NCBI GenBank assembly: GCA_000934665.2
Contig: KZ538236.1
Location: forward strand, 1 to 64,000
Length of the DNA stretch: 64,000 nucleotides
From: Catajapyx aquilonaris
Lineage: Eukaryota
Direction of reading: 5' to 3'
A program made the translations under genes and the position numbers. The notes beneath the pieces were generated by a model. The model ran no database searches, was not told the origin of the DNA, and saw only the letters and a program-made list of their open reading frames with translations. Positions 36,701 to 51,700 of the stretch are shown in pieces. How positions within the stretch are numbered: the first letter of the stretch is position 1; every line of letters begins with the position of its first letter.

Positions 36701-39700
36701 TTTTTAGTGAAGCAGATTACCTCCCTCGCCAAATAAGCTAAACGTCGAGGCAGCTTATCGAGTCGGGATTACGCCTCTGTCCTACATCAGAACCCAGCTA
36801 GCTCCTCGATACGACAGCACCTAATAAATATCAAAGCTGTTTGGTGTACATAAGCATAAAAATAAACCTTCTGCCCAAGGAGACTTTCTGCGAATTCCGC
36901 CTGCACAAAACCAATGTTCGCAGTCAGCCAATGCCTGTAATTTTTATTTAAAAAAAATACACACTGACATGTTTATGCCGGTTGATCAGAAGCCTCCTGT
37001 CATCCTGAATTAGTGACTTAACAACAGGTTCGAATCAGGAGCTGCATCTACACTTAATAATTCAACCGGAACACAGTGCCTCAACTTGATTGACAGCTTC
37101 CACAAAGAAAGGACCGAATTTCACACCATACCTGTTCGGAGAGGGGTGGGCATTCTGTTTCGCGCATATATATTTTCACGTGTTACAATAAGCGCTGCAA
37201 CTATGTATATCCGTGTTGTGACCATATCGCTATTTGGGCTCCATTCAAACTCCCTGTAATCTTCCTTTATTTACGATCCCTGCCCTTTGGACCTTGTGCC
37301 ATTCGCTCGCGTATCTTGGGTCGTTTTGCTCACTATCCGTGTCCAAAAAAAATAAAAATGGGTGTCCTTTAAGGCACGTTTCCAATGGGCCAATCCCACA
37401 ATTATACACACAGATGAGGCCCAAACACAAAATTGAATTGTGGAATCCAAAATGGCCGACACGAGCAATACCAGTGAAATTTGAAATCTGAAACACAATT
37501 TAATAAAATGGACGGTGCCAGCAAAATATTCACTGCAAGTATAGTCTGGCAACCTCGGATTATTTAAAAATAATAATTTGCTGCGCTCTTATGGTACAAA
37601 AATTGTGCAGTTGAAACAAGGCCTCTAACAGTCATTCACTGGCGTACTCCCAATTTCCTGATTTTCAGCGGTTCATTGATCACGATCACGTCAAAAGTTG
37701 CCGAAAAGCGTGTGTGCTCATCTGCTCTTGAAACCACCGCCGCCACGGGAATTGCACGTTATTTAACAGCAAGGAATATAGATTAATCCGGATTCCTCGT
37801 GGCTACGATGCTGGCTTCAAAATCGGGGGTATCGATCGGAAAACCGGAGGGGCCCGTAATTAATAACTGAGGCCGCTAATAATAAGTGGGGAAGAAATAA
37901 TGTTTGCACACTTTTCCTCCGCCAACTGGGCAAAGAGTACTGCTTCTATAGTCACTCGCTATATAAGACCAGGTTAAACGTGCCCAGCAAACGTGGTTTT
38001 TTAATTACAGGGTTTCGCCATGTTAAAAAGCAGGACCAACTGGAATTCAAACTTTTGCACTCCATAACTCACTTTGGAATGCAAATTATTGCAACCTTTG
38101 CATCCGAATATTTCGACCCCCTGATATTGGTGACCTGCCCCATGCACGTTTAAACTGTCCTGCAATTCCCTACTTTCAAATTAGCACCGGTAGCATCAGC
38201 GCCATCATAAACAACAATAACATTAATTAATTAATTAAACGAAACAAAACAAGGGATGGATACACAACAGTACATGCGGCCAATCAGGTCAATTGCTAAA
38301 ACAACCAAAATTTCCGGATTAAAAAAAAAAAAATCGACTCGAGCTCTTTCCAACACCTCTCTCTCCCGCGGCATTGCCCAATGCACATTCGCTTACCCAT
38401 AACAATTCATTCATTTGGCCAAAACGAGGGATGCCTCAAACAAATTAGGTTTCAGCGTAATTAGGATTTGCATGCTCCTCCTTGAATCCCGTGCAATTAC
38501 CCAAAGAGTGGGCCAAACTTTCTCACTTGGACCGATATTTCCCTTCTATATAAGCCACATTTCAATAAGGCAATCTTTGCCCCAACAATGACTCGAAAAT
38601 GCCGACGACGGAATGCAAAAGAACCACGTCACAATAATTTCAATCTCGGGGGAAGTCATAACGAACACAACGGAATACAAAATAGTGGAAATAATGATCC
38701 CTATACTCTTTTTCTCGAGACGAACGAGTATCAGGAATGGTGCTTTAAAAAGTTTCACACACAATGGCCAGAAGATATTATGAGCATATACACATGAAAC
38801 CAACAGGACAAACACGTTATGGCCGACTCTGCAACTATACGTTTTCCAAAGTCCGCGTATAATATAACTGTGCAGATCCATAGTACTATACTATCGAGTA
38901 TAGACTCGCGACAAAATGGATGCAGACCAACCCCCATAAGCTCCAATAGACTATTATAAACACACAGCATCGACCGCATTTTGCAGGTGAGCCAAAATAA
39001 CACATTCAACACGGTTATCTAACGCTTCATTACAACTTTTAGTTTCGAACATAATTAATAATACAAGGTTAAATTTCACAACAAATTGTTTTGCTATATA
39101 ATAATCATGATGATGATAATAACTGTCGCAATTTCCACGTTCCGGATTATTAATACTCAAATGTGTTGCACTCGACTCACAAAACCAGAACATGCCTGGC
39201 TCGCATATAAGGTGAACAAGGTGCTTCACATTATTGGCCGCCTCTGCTTAATTAGTCATCGAATCATCAGACATCACTCGCGGGTGCGTTCTGAACCAGA
39301 AATGTCCACTTCAGCTCACACCGCTTCCCAAAATAGAATTTATATCAGGTATGGTGGGGCCCAGAGCACCAGCAGCTCTCTCAGCCGAGCCCTTTACTTT
39401 GTGCCTGTGCGACGGTTTATATACAAGTCAATTTCAGAAACTGCAACAACCGCGATATAAAATGATAGTGACTGCTGTGCTCTGCCACTTATGCAAACCT
39501 ATAACCGGCAAAACTACTAATAAATTGCGCGCGTTTTCCCTCGTCACTTACACCACATACGCACTGTGCCATTTAAGATAATAATTATGCAGTATGCAAT
39601 GGAAAAACAACGAAAATATGTGATTAATCTCCGCATTCTGGATGATAAGCATTTGCTATGTGGCTTGAATTTGCCATTGAAATGTGCATGTGCGGGCAAA

Positions 39701-42700
39701 TCAGGCGGCAAAATGGCGATTCGTGTACTCCCGCCACGTGATGTGCTAATGCCAATAATCCGGGACCGACTGCAAGTAAACGAAAGCGGCCATTTTGACG
39801 TCCGCACGTGCCGGAAGATGGCAAGGGAATAGATGCGCACACAAACCGCCAATTTAAAGGCGAGAACTAACTTTAAACATACGAGGGAAAGGAGGGGGAA
39901 AAAAACCCGAAAATTCCTGTCAACAGCCAAAGCCACACAAAATCGCTTCAACACTATCTATATAATTTTCTATGAACATCCGAGTCTATATACTAACGAA
40001 GGTGCAATGGTCATTATTACAAATTGTGTAGCAATGAGCAATTATACTTTGCGTAACTTTTCCGTAGATTAGCTCGCTCATTAAATCGCCCATCGCTGAC
40101 TTCATATGCCTGTTAACACATGTCGTGAGTTTACCCTCTGCACACTGCAACTAATGCAGGCATATAGAGGCAGAAATGACGCAAAAACCGGATTCCGTGG
40201 GCGAGTAAATATTTTTCAAGCCGATTACTGGGTGAACGCAGCGTTTTGTTCCCCTAAATGCAAAAATCACGCTCGACCCCTTTTCCCCATCACTTCTTCT
40301 AGAACCCATCACAGTTATTCCCCCCAATATATGTACAGTGTAATGACAAAAGCCGGCGGTTTCATGAAGTATAATTAGTCCATAAATGCATGTAACTATC
40401 ATGCATATGTACAGGGTAATTAGCTTTATCATGCGTCATTCCCAGCGCTGCGTCCTGTGGCACAAAGGTGGCGCAGGAAAAAAAAAATGTTTCAGTTCAC
40501 GATTCGTTTACTGTATACATGAAGTCGAATTAAATAAAATTACCATACGTAATCACGCTTGCCCAGCGAGTAAAATCCCACCCCAGCTTTCTTCCAGCCT
40601 GTCATTACCAGCCAGTATTATATTTATTCGCCACGGATAACACCTAGCCAACAGTTCATCACCTTCACGGCAATTATCACGTGAAAACAATTCACACATC
40701 CGCATCTTTTTGCACCATTCCATGCTATACAAAATGTGACTGCGTTCAATATGTTACAAACTGTGCCGATGCTCCTTGTACGCTGCACTGAACAGCCTTG
40801 CAGTAAGCGAGGGTCTGCCTTAGGGCAGGTTAGGTCTGATTGACTGTGTATCGACCCAATTCGCCAAGGAAGGGGAGGGCTATATACCAGATGCAACTGG
40901 GTGTCCTGCCACGTTTCGGAAGAGCCCAAGAAATAATCCGAAATGTGGAGCCCCGGCTTGGGCTACGACCGCGCCGTGTGCAGCAGATTGGGGGCATACA
41001 GTATCTGGGAGAGAGAGAGAGAGTGTCACGCTGCAGCAATTCTCCAATAATTTCCAACCAGGCAGAGAGAGAGAGAGGCTTATATAGTACAGGAGAGCCT
41101 ACCCCAAAAGTTATCTTGAACGGCACGCGCCATGTGGAAAGGCATGTTAAACCGCTGTGTACAAAAGCGCAGTCCCAAGGCATTTCGATCAAGATCGTTT
41201 CGTCCTATCAGTGGCAAAACGGAGGCGTCGTCGTTGCATGAAGAGGGGCCAAGTTGATCGCAAGACGCTTCCGAGATAGTTGCGTGTATACAGTTCAATC
41301 GAGCCAGTGTCCCCCGAAATCGGCTTCCTAGCCCAATGGACACCTGGCCTGTCAAACAGTCCCCGCCGCGTTCCCCTTAAAAGCACAGCAGCCAGCACCA
41401 GAAATCAATGATGCTGTGGGGGCGCCGGCGCGAAAAAGGGATGACGATGATGATGATGACGACGACGACGGCAACTGGGAGGGGGTGGGCCAGGATGATG
41501 ATGGTCCATCGATCCGCGCTACTACCAAAAAGCTCAGCTGTACGCGGGGGCCGGATAATGGGGGGGAAAGGACCAGGGAGAGGGGGACAAGGTCAAGTTT
41601 CGACGAGGATGACAACAAACGCTGCTCAGATATGTGCAACGGTGAACAATCCTTCCTGAACAGTGTGTGGACTTGCTCACTTTCCTTCCAAGGGCTCCCC
41701 GTACTAACGGGCAGCCAGTTCTCGCCGTTTTGTCATGTATTGAATAGTCTCCTAGCCTGATTTTGGCGAAATATTGGCGATATTGACCGCGGAATGAAAC
41801 ATGTCCCCTACCTGTTGAAGACGTTGGCCGACACGGCGTACTTCTCCAGTCGTCCGACCGGCGAGAGCAGCTCGTCGTCGGCGCCGGAAGAGCCCTCCAA
41901 GGATCCGTCGATTCCATCTCCGTCCACCGACAACCCCCCTGCACCATCACCGTCACCACCGGCCTCGTCCTCTTCATCCTCCTCCTCCTCTTCCTCCTCG
42001 TCTCCATGTCCTCCTTCGGGTCCTCCACAAGAAAAGTAAGAAGATGGGTTAGGTTTTTTTTTCCCCTTATTCTTAGAGGGTGCCCCCCCTTTTCTCCAGA
42101 ATGTGTGCGGAGGGAAGGATGATCCCCTTTTACTCCGGAAGACTGCTGCTGAGGGGGAGAAGCGGGGGCCTTCCAAATTTAGCCCCGGTCACCAATAATT
42201 GACCCCGCTTCCGCTCCTCGCAGCAGCTGCCAGCGCTCCTCCGACAATCTACAGCACATGCCCCCACCAGTAACCCATGCAGCTTGCTTCTGGTGCTGGA
42301 AGGCAGCAGCCAGCAGCACAACTTTGCAACTTTCCCATTCAAAACCTCTCTCCCTCCCTTCCAGAAGCGGTCTTCTTGGATCCGGGCCCATACAGCTTAA
42401 TCCAACCCATTCAAACTCGGCACCGAATCTATTGTCTCAGGCCATGCCAACTTGTAATCCTATCCTCATTAACACCTTATAATACCGTCACACTTGATAC
42501 ATGGGACAAATGGCATCAAAACGGTTACGGGGGCATATTGCGCCGAAGGTGGTACGGTTTGAACCCTCATGATACTCGCCATTTCTGGTCACAGTGTGAA
42601 CTCGTTGCCAATATTCGGAAAAACATGACAGTGACAATCAAACAACTTTAATGAGATGGCCCACCGATTTACCACGTAGTAGTATTTCTCACGCATAGAT

Positions 42701-45700
42701 GGCGCACACTCCTGCAGGTCGTGCGAGAGACACATACACTATCAGGTAGGACAAACATCCGACGGAGAGAATAAGCCTATCAGACCTGGAGTTACACCAA
42801 CCAAAAGGTGGCCAGTCGTTCATGCTAAATTGTACGAAATTCCACATGTTGCAACAACATCAGAATTGGGAGGGGGGGATGTTTCAACTGTATGTGTTCA
42901 TGCCGAACCGCTGCAGCCACATAACGAGGCAAATTACGAATCCAGTTTCCTGCACAAGAGTCACCCGGATGTCAATTAATCATAGCCGGGCCTCAACGAC
43001 GCATTTTCTGCGTGACGTGGATAATTAAATTTAATTTTTGATGATTTGCTTCATTGTGTGTGCGCGGGTTTTGCAGCGCGTAGTCACACACTGTACCCCC
43101 CTCTTCATCATAAAAATAATTCTTGCAAACGCTGGCGTCCCACTTTATATAATATGGGTGTGAAAATAGCCTAACCAACTAACGATCACCGGTAAAATAA
43201 ATTATTTGCAATAGGGTGTGTCCAAACAAACTAATTACTGTGCAAATTACCCCCATTGCTGCGAAATAATTAAATTGTCCGCGGATTTCGAACATTACTG
43301 ATTACGCATGAGCATTACATGATTCGCTGCATGCAGTATATTAAAGTGTGTCCTCTGCATTGTGTTGTCCTTGTAGCATCGACAAAAGGCTATATACACA
43401 CCCACACAACCGATATTTTTTTCTGCACAAACACCGCAGAGGGGTAGCTAATCACGATTAACTCGAACATCGCCAGATTCCCTGCGGCTTCTAGAAATTT
43501 GCTCCATAAAAAATGCTATTATTTCAAGCGTATAAAAATCATACCCATCATTTGGAATCAAGAGATATTGATCCCCTGTTCAGTCCGTTTCAAACAGTTT
43601 ATGCGAGTATTTGCCTATACTTGAGCAAAGCTGCAGAGTTTTTGCGAAAACGTGCCTACCGATACAAGCAAAAATTAATAATTTGAGTATGAAAAGTCCT
43701 GCCGATCGAAACGTAAACAAACGCAAAAAAAAAAAGGTCAGCTTATTATTGACTAAACACCAGAGAGAGAGAATGAGAGGCAGTTGCCAGTGGGTAAAAA
43801 TTCTCCCGGACAACGAAAAATGGCCCCGAGGCGTTGCCAAACAATTTTCAATTCGCATCGCTGGATGCTGCCTTCATGACATATGAACTGGGGGGTTTTT
43901 TACCCCTCCGTCACGCGCCAAGTCCCAGTTCAGTTCGACAATCCAACGTGTACTGTACTGTACACAAAAATGAAGCTACATATTAGAAGTTTTTAAAGTG
44001 TACAGGTTTTATTCGGCGTCGGTTTAGTCACATTGAACCCTGAGGGTGTGACAACCCCTCTGGACAATCCCTTGTTTTTCCGTCCCTTCTTTCCTTGTTT
44101 GGTCTACGTTTCCGCAACTGTCGCGTCGTTGTATAACCTCTGGTCATTACTATTGCAGCCATTGTGATGTCTCTATAGCTGCAAGTCAGTGTTTTCTCCG
44201 TTCTCCAGCGTTATTTCTCGGGTTTCCTCCCACGCTCAAAACTATCGCCATTTAGGATGTGGATCAAGTGGAGCAATTAAAAAAAACACGGTCCCCCGTA
44301 AAGAGGCCACTGTCTCCCACGGGATATAAAATTATTACAGCATGAAAACTGTCGCTTTCGTTGCATCGACTTTCTTCGTCATGATCGACACGGAATGGCC
44401 AAAAATGCGGCTGTGTGAACCCTCCAGTGCTCTTTATACTGATGAGCAGCCTATACAGGCAGGCCATGCTAACTTGCCATTGACGTCATCGTTTTGTTTA
44501 CCAACTCCAAGTCAACGGAAAGCTGCACCCCTCACACTTTTCAAGTTTCCCTCATGCAACAATGGGAGTGAACAAACAAGTGTTCTTTTTTGTTGACACT
44601 GTTTACTCTTATTGTTGGGTTGGGACTTCTCCATGGAAAACTTGAGAAGTGAGGAGATTCCAGGGGTGCGGTTTCTGTTGCCTATGAGACTGTAAGCGAA
44701 ACGATGCCGTCAATGGCAAGATAAAGAAAAATGCAAGGATTTTCTAGTCCAATTTTAATAACATTCTGGTTGGCACCCTGCGCGGAAAACTTCCCGGGTT
44801 GACGTCCCACGGGACAAAAGATGGCTGCCGGGTCGAGAGTCCCGCATGGCAACCCTGTGGGTTGATCGGAAGGGGGGGAGAGGGTGAGCCGCAGGAATGT
44901 GCGAGACGGTGGGGTGTGTGTATGTGCACCGGTCAACAAACATCAAGTTATCAAGCATCATGCTGCAACAATACAATATATTTTTCTATCCTTCCATGAT
45001 ACCAACCAACAACACCCAGCCTCTCTCTTTCTCTTCCTTGGGCGCGCATCGATTTTTGGCCTGTGGCCGAGGGCCCCCGAGGGTCTCCGAGGGCCAACTC
45101 CAGCTGCCTCCTCCCCCTCTCTCCAGCTCTAGGCATCCCCTCCCCCCCCCTCCAAAAAAAGCCCTCCCTAAAAACAGCCCCCTCTTCAAACCATCCCAAA
45201 CTTACCAAACCAGAGCGCGGGCTACCCTCCCCCCAAAAATATATAACCCGAGAGAGAGGAGGGGTGGGCCAACAATGGCCGTCCCTGAAAAACTTTTCCG
45301 ACCTTGGGTCCCCCTGTCAAATGGTCCGGCCGACATCATATACAGTGAGGGCCCCTGGAAAAGTGGGCATGCGCGCGTGGTTCCAAAAACCGCCGAACGG
45401 ATATAAACCTGGCCCCCTGATTGGCAAGAGAGGATTTTGATTGATCCGCTCAATTGTGCCGGTGACAATCTCTCTCATTTTTTTTCCTGGCGCGATGTCA
45501 TCAACAGAAAAGGAGAAAACTGCCTAAAAATTTAGGCAATAAAAATCATTGCCTGACCCCCTGGATAGCAGTGGAGGAGCAACCTAACCTAACCTAACCA
45601 CGATTTTAGGCGGGAAAAAAACCGCCGTTATAATTTCTTTGCTAGCGCGTAAAAGTCATATTACTAATCCCCTTATTCTGTGTGTCCGCTTCTTTGTCCG

Positions 45701-48700
45701 AGTTGACTCTTCGCCTATAGGTAGTAGTTACCACAGTTTTAAATTTCCACGTACAACAATTAGAGGGCATATAGCGGTCAGAGAGGGTGGGACCCACTTC
45801 AATGAAGGTGAGACACCTCGATGGGCTTCGTCATCACCAACGTGCATGTAGTACTAATTTCTCCCTGAGAGTGGCAGTAGTGTGCAGAGGGAGAGCCTAT
45901 GCGCCAACTGGTAGTGGCCTATTGTATCACGTCCGGATGTCCGGAGGGTGGGCCATGCAGTGTTGCCAAATTGGGTCCGCTACTAGTATATGGAGGAACC
46001 GGAGAGGACGCTGTTTCACGTTGTTGCTAACCAAAAAAGCATCAATGTATATGACCCAGAATATGTTACGAGCTGCACCGCATTAAAAATATTTAAAAAA
46101 TCCTGAGAAACATTTTTCCTCCAGCTATATAGAAACCTGCGTGCATTGGTTACCAACTCAACTGTAGCTGCCTGGAATCCCGCCCCGATTTCAATGGCAT
46201 TTGTTGGCCCAATACAATCCACTGTTCATCACACAATCATTCCTGGCTACACCGGGATGCTCTGAATTATTGATCACAATCAGCACACTAAGCTCATTAT
46301 GTGTGCAGGCCCCCCCCTTCGATAAAAATATTATATATATTACCCGCACAACAATGGCCGGTCCCTGGAAACACAACAGGGTGTTGCACACGCCAGCCAG
46401 GGGTGTCCAAAAAGGTTTAATGTTCACGGGTGTTGTTGTTGTTTTAAAAAAATCGCATTTTGTGTATACAGATTAAAACGGGGAAGTGTTCGCTCCAGCA
46501 ACCAGTTTTAAACGACAAGCAACAATTGCTTCGAATTTCAAGTAGTTAGGGGTAAACAACTGTAAAATTTTTGGGATAGCCATACACCCTGTACAAATAT
46601 TAGCTGTGTGCACACGGAGTAGAATAGACCGCAAAAGCTACTGGGGGGAAAACTGGTACAAATTTTGCGAAGAAAAATAATTCTGCGCAACTCTTCGCCA
46701 GAACTTATCGCTTTTTTCGCTCATTTGAAGTCGACTGGAAAAGGGAATTCGCAATCCGGCCACTTCGTTTGATATCATCGTTGCGAACTCGTTGAATTAC
46801 AGTCGCGGCATCAATTTTTTGCGGTTCTCCTTCTCTCGTGGACCTCCACCTTAAAGCTAGGCAATATTTAAAAAGGTCTCCCTGCACAATCTTTTTCCCT
46901 GACATTTGCGATTTTTTAAAATAAAAAATACCTATAGTTACATCTATGCTCACATACACGCATTGATTGGCAATAACTGTGTATTAATTTTCATAATGTT
47001 AAACTCATTTCCAGGCGAGTATCAGGGATTATACTGCCTACAAAATGAGCCCTATCTATTGATTTCATCCCCCGTGCACATACATTTTCATATGAAAATG
47101 GGCAGGGACATGAGCAGTTGGGCGAGTAGAACATAATGCATGAGTGAAATTAATAAATGATTATAATGTGTGGGTACATGTACGTGCAGAAAGCCTCCCC
47201 CTACCCCCCACAATTAGCGCAAAATATTTTTTTTTTTTTGGCCGCACAAAACCTATCGAACCTGCAGCATTTTCAGTGCGCAGGTGTGTACCTGCAATTG
47301 CAATGTGACAGTATAATTGCATCGGTCAAAATGGTAGTTTCACCTTTTGTAATTGGGGGACGAGAGGGCATCGCTTGGATTAATTACCGTGTGCTCTCTG
47401 CACAATCCTACACGTTTTAATAAAATGAAGCCCACCCCCGGGCCATTACTGACTCTCCACATTGTGTGCCCTTAATTCGAGGTTATCGTCGCATCAGTGG
47501 TACACACACACAAGTCAGCAGTGTACACATAGCCTATATAGCTGCACATTCCAGTATATAGTCACCGCTCGCCAAGCCTGAGAAGCACAAACACATAACA
47601 TAAAAGACATGTTGTTGAAAGTGATTCACTGCCCAGCAGTCATTGTTAACAGTCAAGAAATTTCGGCTCGACAGTAGCATATCGGCCTGATGGACTTTGT
47701 CCGCGCGGTGACCCATCACCAACGTGCAGGTGTGTAATGGATTTTCCCTGACGAAACAACACCGGAAAAAACGTGTTTCCTTCAGAGCCTTTTTACACAC
47801 AATCGCGTTCTTACTTACTCAACTGATTGAAAACAGATCCAATCCACTCTTTTTCCTAGATCCTAACCCAATCATAAAATTGGGAAAGACAGAGACAGAA
47901 AATGGCTCTTGCTGGGGAGGGGAATAATCCAGAAAATTTGCGGTCAAACTGGCGAACCGCACTATTATACTCATAGTGGAAGAAAAAGAAAAAGAAAAAA
48001 ATGCCTGACTATAGATTACACACAAAATACAATTTGACTCTTGAGAGTTTGTGTGCGTGTTACAATGCAACTTTACTCACTTGTGCATCACGAAACTACT
48101 AATTAAATCGCATCTGGCGCTTACAACAGCACAGTTTGAAAACCTAACCTGCCAAAGCATCTAAAAAAGTGAATGCAAGTAGCAGTAGTATTTGAGGAAG
48201 AATGTTTGAATATGACTAAAGACCAAGTCACTCTAGAGGACTTTAGAAACTATCACAGGCAAAGCTCGGCATTTGCATTTTCATGGGTCTGCACATTCAC
48301 CTCACATAATCAGCTGTGCTCGAGCAAAAATTATGGCACACAATGTTTGATCGTATAACCCCCCCCNNNNNNNNNNNNNAAATTGGCAGTGAATTGCAGT
48401 TGTTCGCAAGCAAATCACAAGAATAACTTGACCTCTGACGTGCTGCTGGCAGTCACTCAGAAAATTAATGCGAACCAACCTGCCAAAATATTGTGGAAGC
48501 CAAGAGGACAAGAGAAATCATTAATAATCCTACCAATTGATATTCTTTCAAAGTCACAGGTATTTCATTCTACTTCTTAGGCCATCTACTTCCATCGTTT
48601 GGTATTTAACAATACGCCGGTCATGCCTCTTCAGGATGGTCAAGTGCGTAACGTCCAGTACCATTCCTACAAAAATTATCAACGGAGAGGGCACTCAAAT

Positions 48701-51700
48701 AATTATGCTTTCCTTCTGTTAAAGCTCAAACTCCAAATTGCAATGCAAAACGACTGCCGTACCACAATTTTTGCACATCAGTTTTCACTAAAATATCGTC
48801 CACCGCTGATGGTCAATAATTCACCCACAATTACCTCCCCAAGACGCATTACTGTGATGTATTATGCATGTGTAACGACACATCTAGGAGTCTTAGGAAG
48901 AGTTTTCAGCCTTAACGAGTTGGTATACAATTGCAGGATGGAAGTACCACCAATATTAATTAGAGGTTGCAAGAGTCTTTACATTTTTCATGCTGCTTCA
49001 CGCCATAGCCCCCCAACGTTGAGCCACATTTTATTCACATCACTAATTTTGGGATGAAAAATTCAGCTATTATGAAACGTGCCAGAGCAAGTAGCTGCCC
49101 AAGTGGGCTACAACTTTACATGAAAAAATTACAGGATTTTTGACCATCAAAACTCTCATCATAACATACCTGTAACGTAACAAGAAAATAGCTCTTGGTG
49201 AGTAATTTCGTCCCTATTTGGCAGCTGAAATCATTGAATCACATGTTCAGACATTTTCATGACTAATTTGAGAACTCATTACAGTACAATCTGATGATGA
49301 CTACTGCCTCTCTATCTATAGTGAAACTTGCGAAGACTCAGCTGGACTTTCATCACATCAAATATCACTTCAAATGCAACGGATGTACAAGATGCTGCAG
49401 GTTGATCCTACAAATTGTGGTGTGGAGTATTTTCTCAGAATTAATGTGCTGCAAAATCACAATATTTATTTATTTATTATGAAACCCCTTTCGAGGGCTT
49501 TACCCTTTTTGGGAGACCCAAAATCACAATATAAATGTGACACCCTCAATAGCCAATTGGGTCTAACTGTTAACCAGCCGGTCACAAATGTACTGGTGGT
49601 TTTTGACTTGCTTTCAATGTGCAGCATAGACATGGCTTCTCATCATGAGTTTTGAGCAAGCCATTCTCTTGCCATGTACACAAATAACAATATGAAACAT
49701 TTTCATTACATTACTGTGGCCAGTACAACATAACCTTGTTTCTGCCAGCAGCAGGCCAAATAGATAAGGCTTCCACACACTCGAGAATTTGCAGTGCATT
49801 CTTTACATTCTGTCATTATCAGAGTAATAACTTGCGAGTAATCACTCCACTTGGTAGGTATCTGTCCTTTTTCTGATCTGCGCAAGCTTAATGATGATTA
49901 TGAATCATGGCGAGTTGTAATCCGTGCATAAAGAACGGTAACTCTCTGTACTGTACGCTACCATACTTACTCCTTTGAGAAAGGCAACATATTCGCAAAT
50001 GCTTTTACCCCTCGGTTTACCCGGAAAACCCATGACCAGCTCATTACATATCAGATATTAATATCCATCTATTTTCGCTTGATATGCACTCATGACATTT
50101 CAAATAGCAGCACATAATTTTTGACGTCAAGGCAATGCGAACAAGCTCTATTCATGATCTGCACTTGTAGAAAGACGAAAATATGCAGACAATGCATGTG
50201 ATTCTAGGAAACCCACATCCACACCTATTGAAAGAGTTGTCCGCAGCGCTTTTTACTAAACATAACCTTCAACCAATTATCCCATACTAGTAAATGCATC
50301 CAAAATCGGCATCAATGTTCGTCATTACACAACCATACGCATGAAATGCCCTGCCACAAAGTGACTGACACTAACTGTGAAACATTCAGCCATTATTCCG
50401 ATAACACCTAAATAAGCAAACATAAACACTGCTGGTGCCAACACACCCAAGCACTGGAGTGGTTACAGTCACATGATTGAAACCATGGCCTGGAATCGTA
50501 GCATAACATCACCACTCAGCATTTCCAACCCGAAACATTAACTCCCCCCCCTCACAATACAAGCTATTATGTGAAAATTTAACGCCACCAAAATATTCAT
50601 GAGCAAACATGATGTCTGTAACATAGCGCATGGAGCCACCGTCAAGCCTGGAAATTCCAAGCATGTTAGCCACGCGATGCCAATGGCGACTCCGCCATTA
50701 CCAAAGATTCTACATTCTTGTCACATGCTAAGGTCTGTATAGAGGTCAAAACTCTGCTAATGTTCCTGCAGCATTCCCACAAGTTCCGAGCAAACTGCAA
50801 ACAAGCACATGCCCACACGTAGCAGAGAGTATTTGGGAGTCCCTCACAACAAATTAATTTTGATACTGAAAGGCTATGCATCATTATAAAAGCTCACACC
50901 TCATTCGGACAAGCCGCACAACCATCTATGCAGTACAGTGTTGGATATAAATCGAGGCATACTGCTAGCGACATTTTCCGAAGCGGCAGAGGAAGAAATC
51001 TTGCTCACCCGGCTTGCTTATCATTGATTCTTCTTCTGTTGATTCGGAAAATGTCGCTAGCCACCAGTGCCTCGAATGCCTCGATTAATGTCCAACATTG
51101 TACCAGCCCGATCATGAAATTGCAACAGCTTAAAAATGGCCATGGCTAGAACCAGCTCGGCATTCAATCTGCAACATTTGTACTAAAACAGAGTGTGACG
51201 CACCGAAGCTACGCTGGACCGAACATACCGAAAATTTCACCATCACGGCTCTGTATTAGGTCCAAAGCAGCTTCCATCAAAGTGTACATTGAGGCCCTGA
51301 GTACACTGCAGATGCTAAGTACACTGTAATCAACAATAACAAGGCAGTACAAACAACAATTTCTCCAATCCCATCGTTCAAAACTACATCCGGCTAAAGT
51401 AGGCGCTGACGCACTATTCTCCAACGCAAAATTATCTGCACTGGTTACATGCGATCGTTCTGGATTGTGTATCAAAGTGTATACCCAAAGCAGTGACGCT
51501 AAGCATACATGTACGCTCCGGATGCTAAGAACATTGTATAATAGCCAAATAATAGCAAGTACGAGCAACATGGGCACACCTGTACTATATCGCTCAAAAA
51601 CATTGACGATTTTGCACTTGAGTCAAATGCAAAATCGTCTCTATGTTTTTGACCGATCTAGTACATGTAGCACAACATTCCAAAACTATCCGCAACAGGA

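Noticed and set aside
41416..41760. Poly-Asp ORF on the plus strand
   Set aside because: Driven by a (GAT/GAC)n microsatellite, with no splice or domain support.
45581..45599. (AACCT)n, the TTAGG arthropod telomere motif
   Set aside because: Fewer than four units, too short to call an interstitial telomere.
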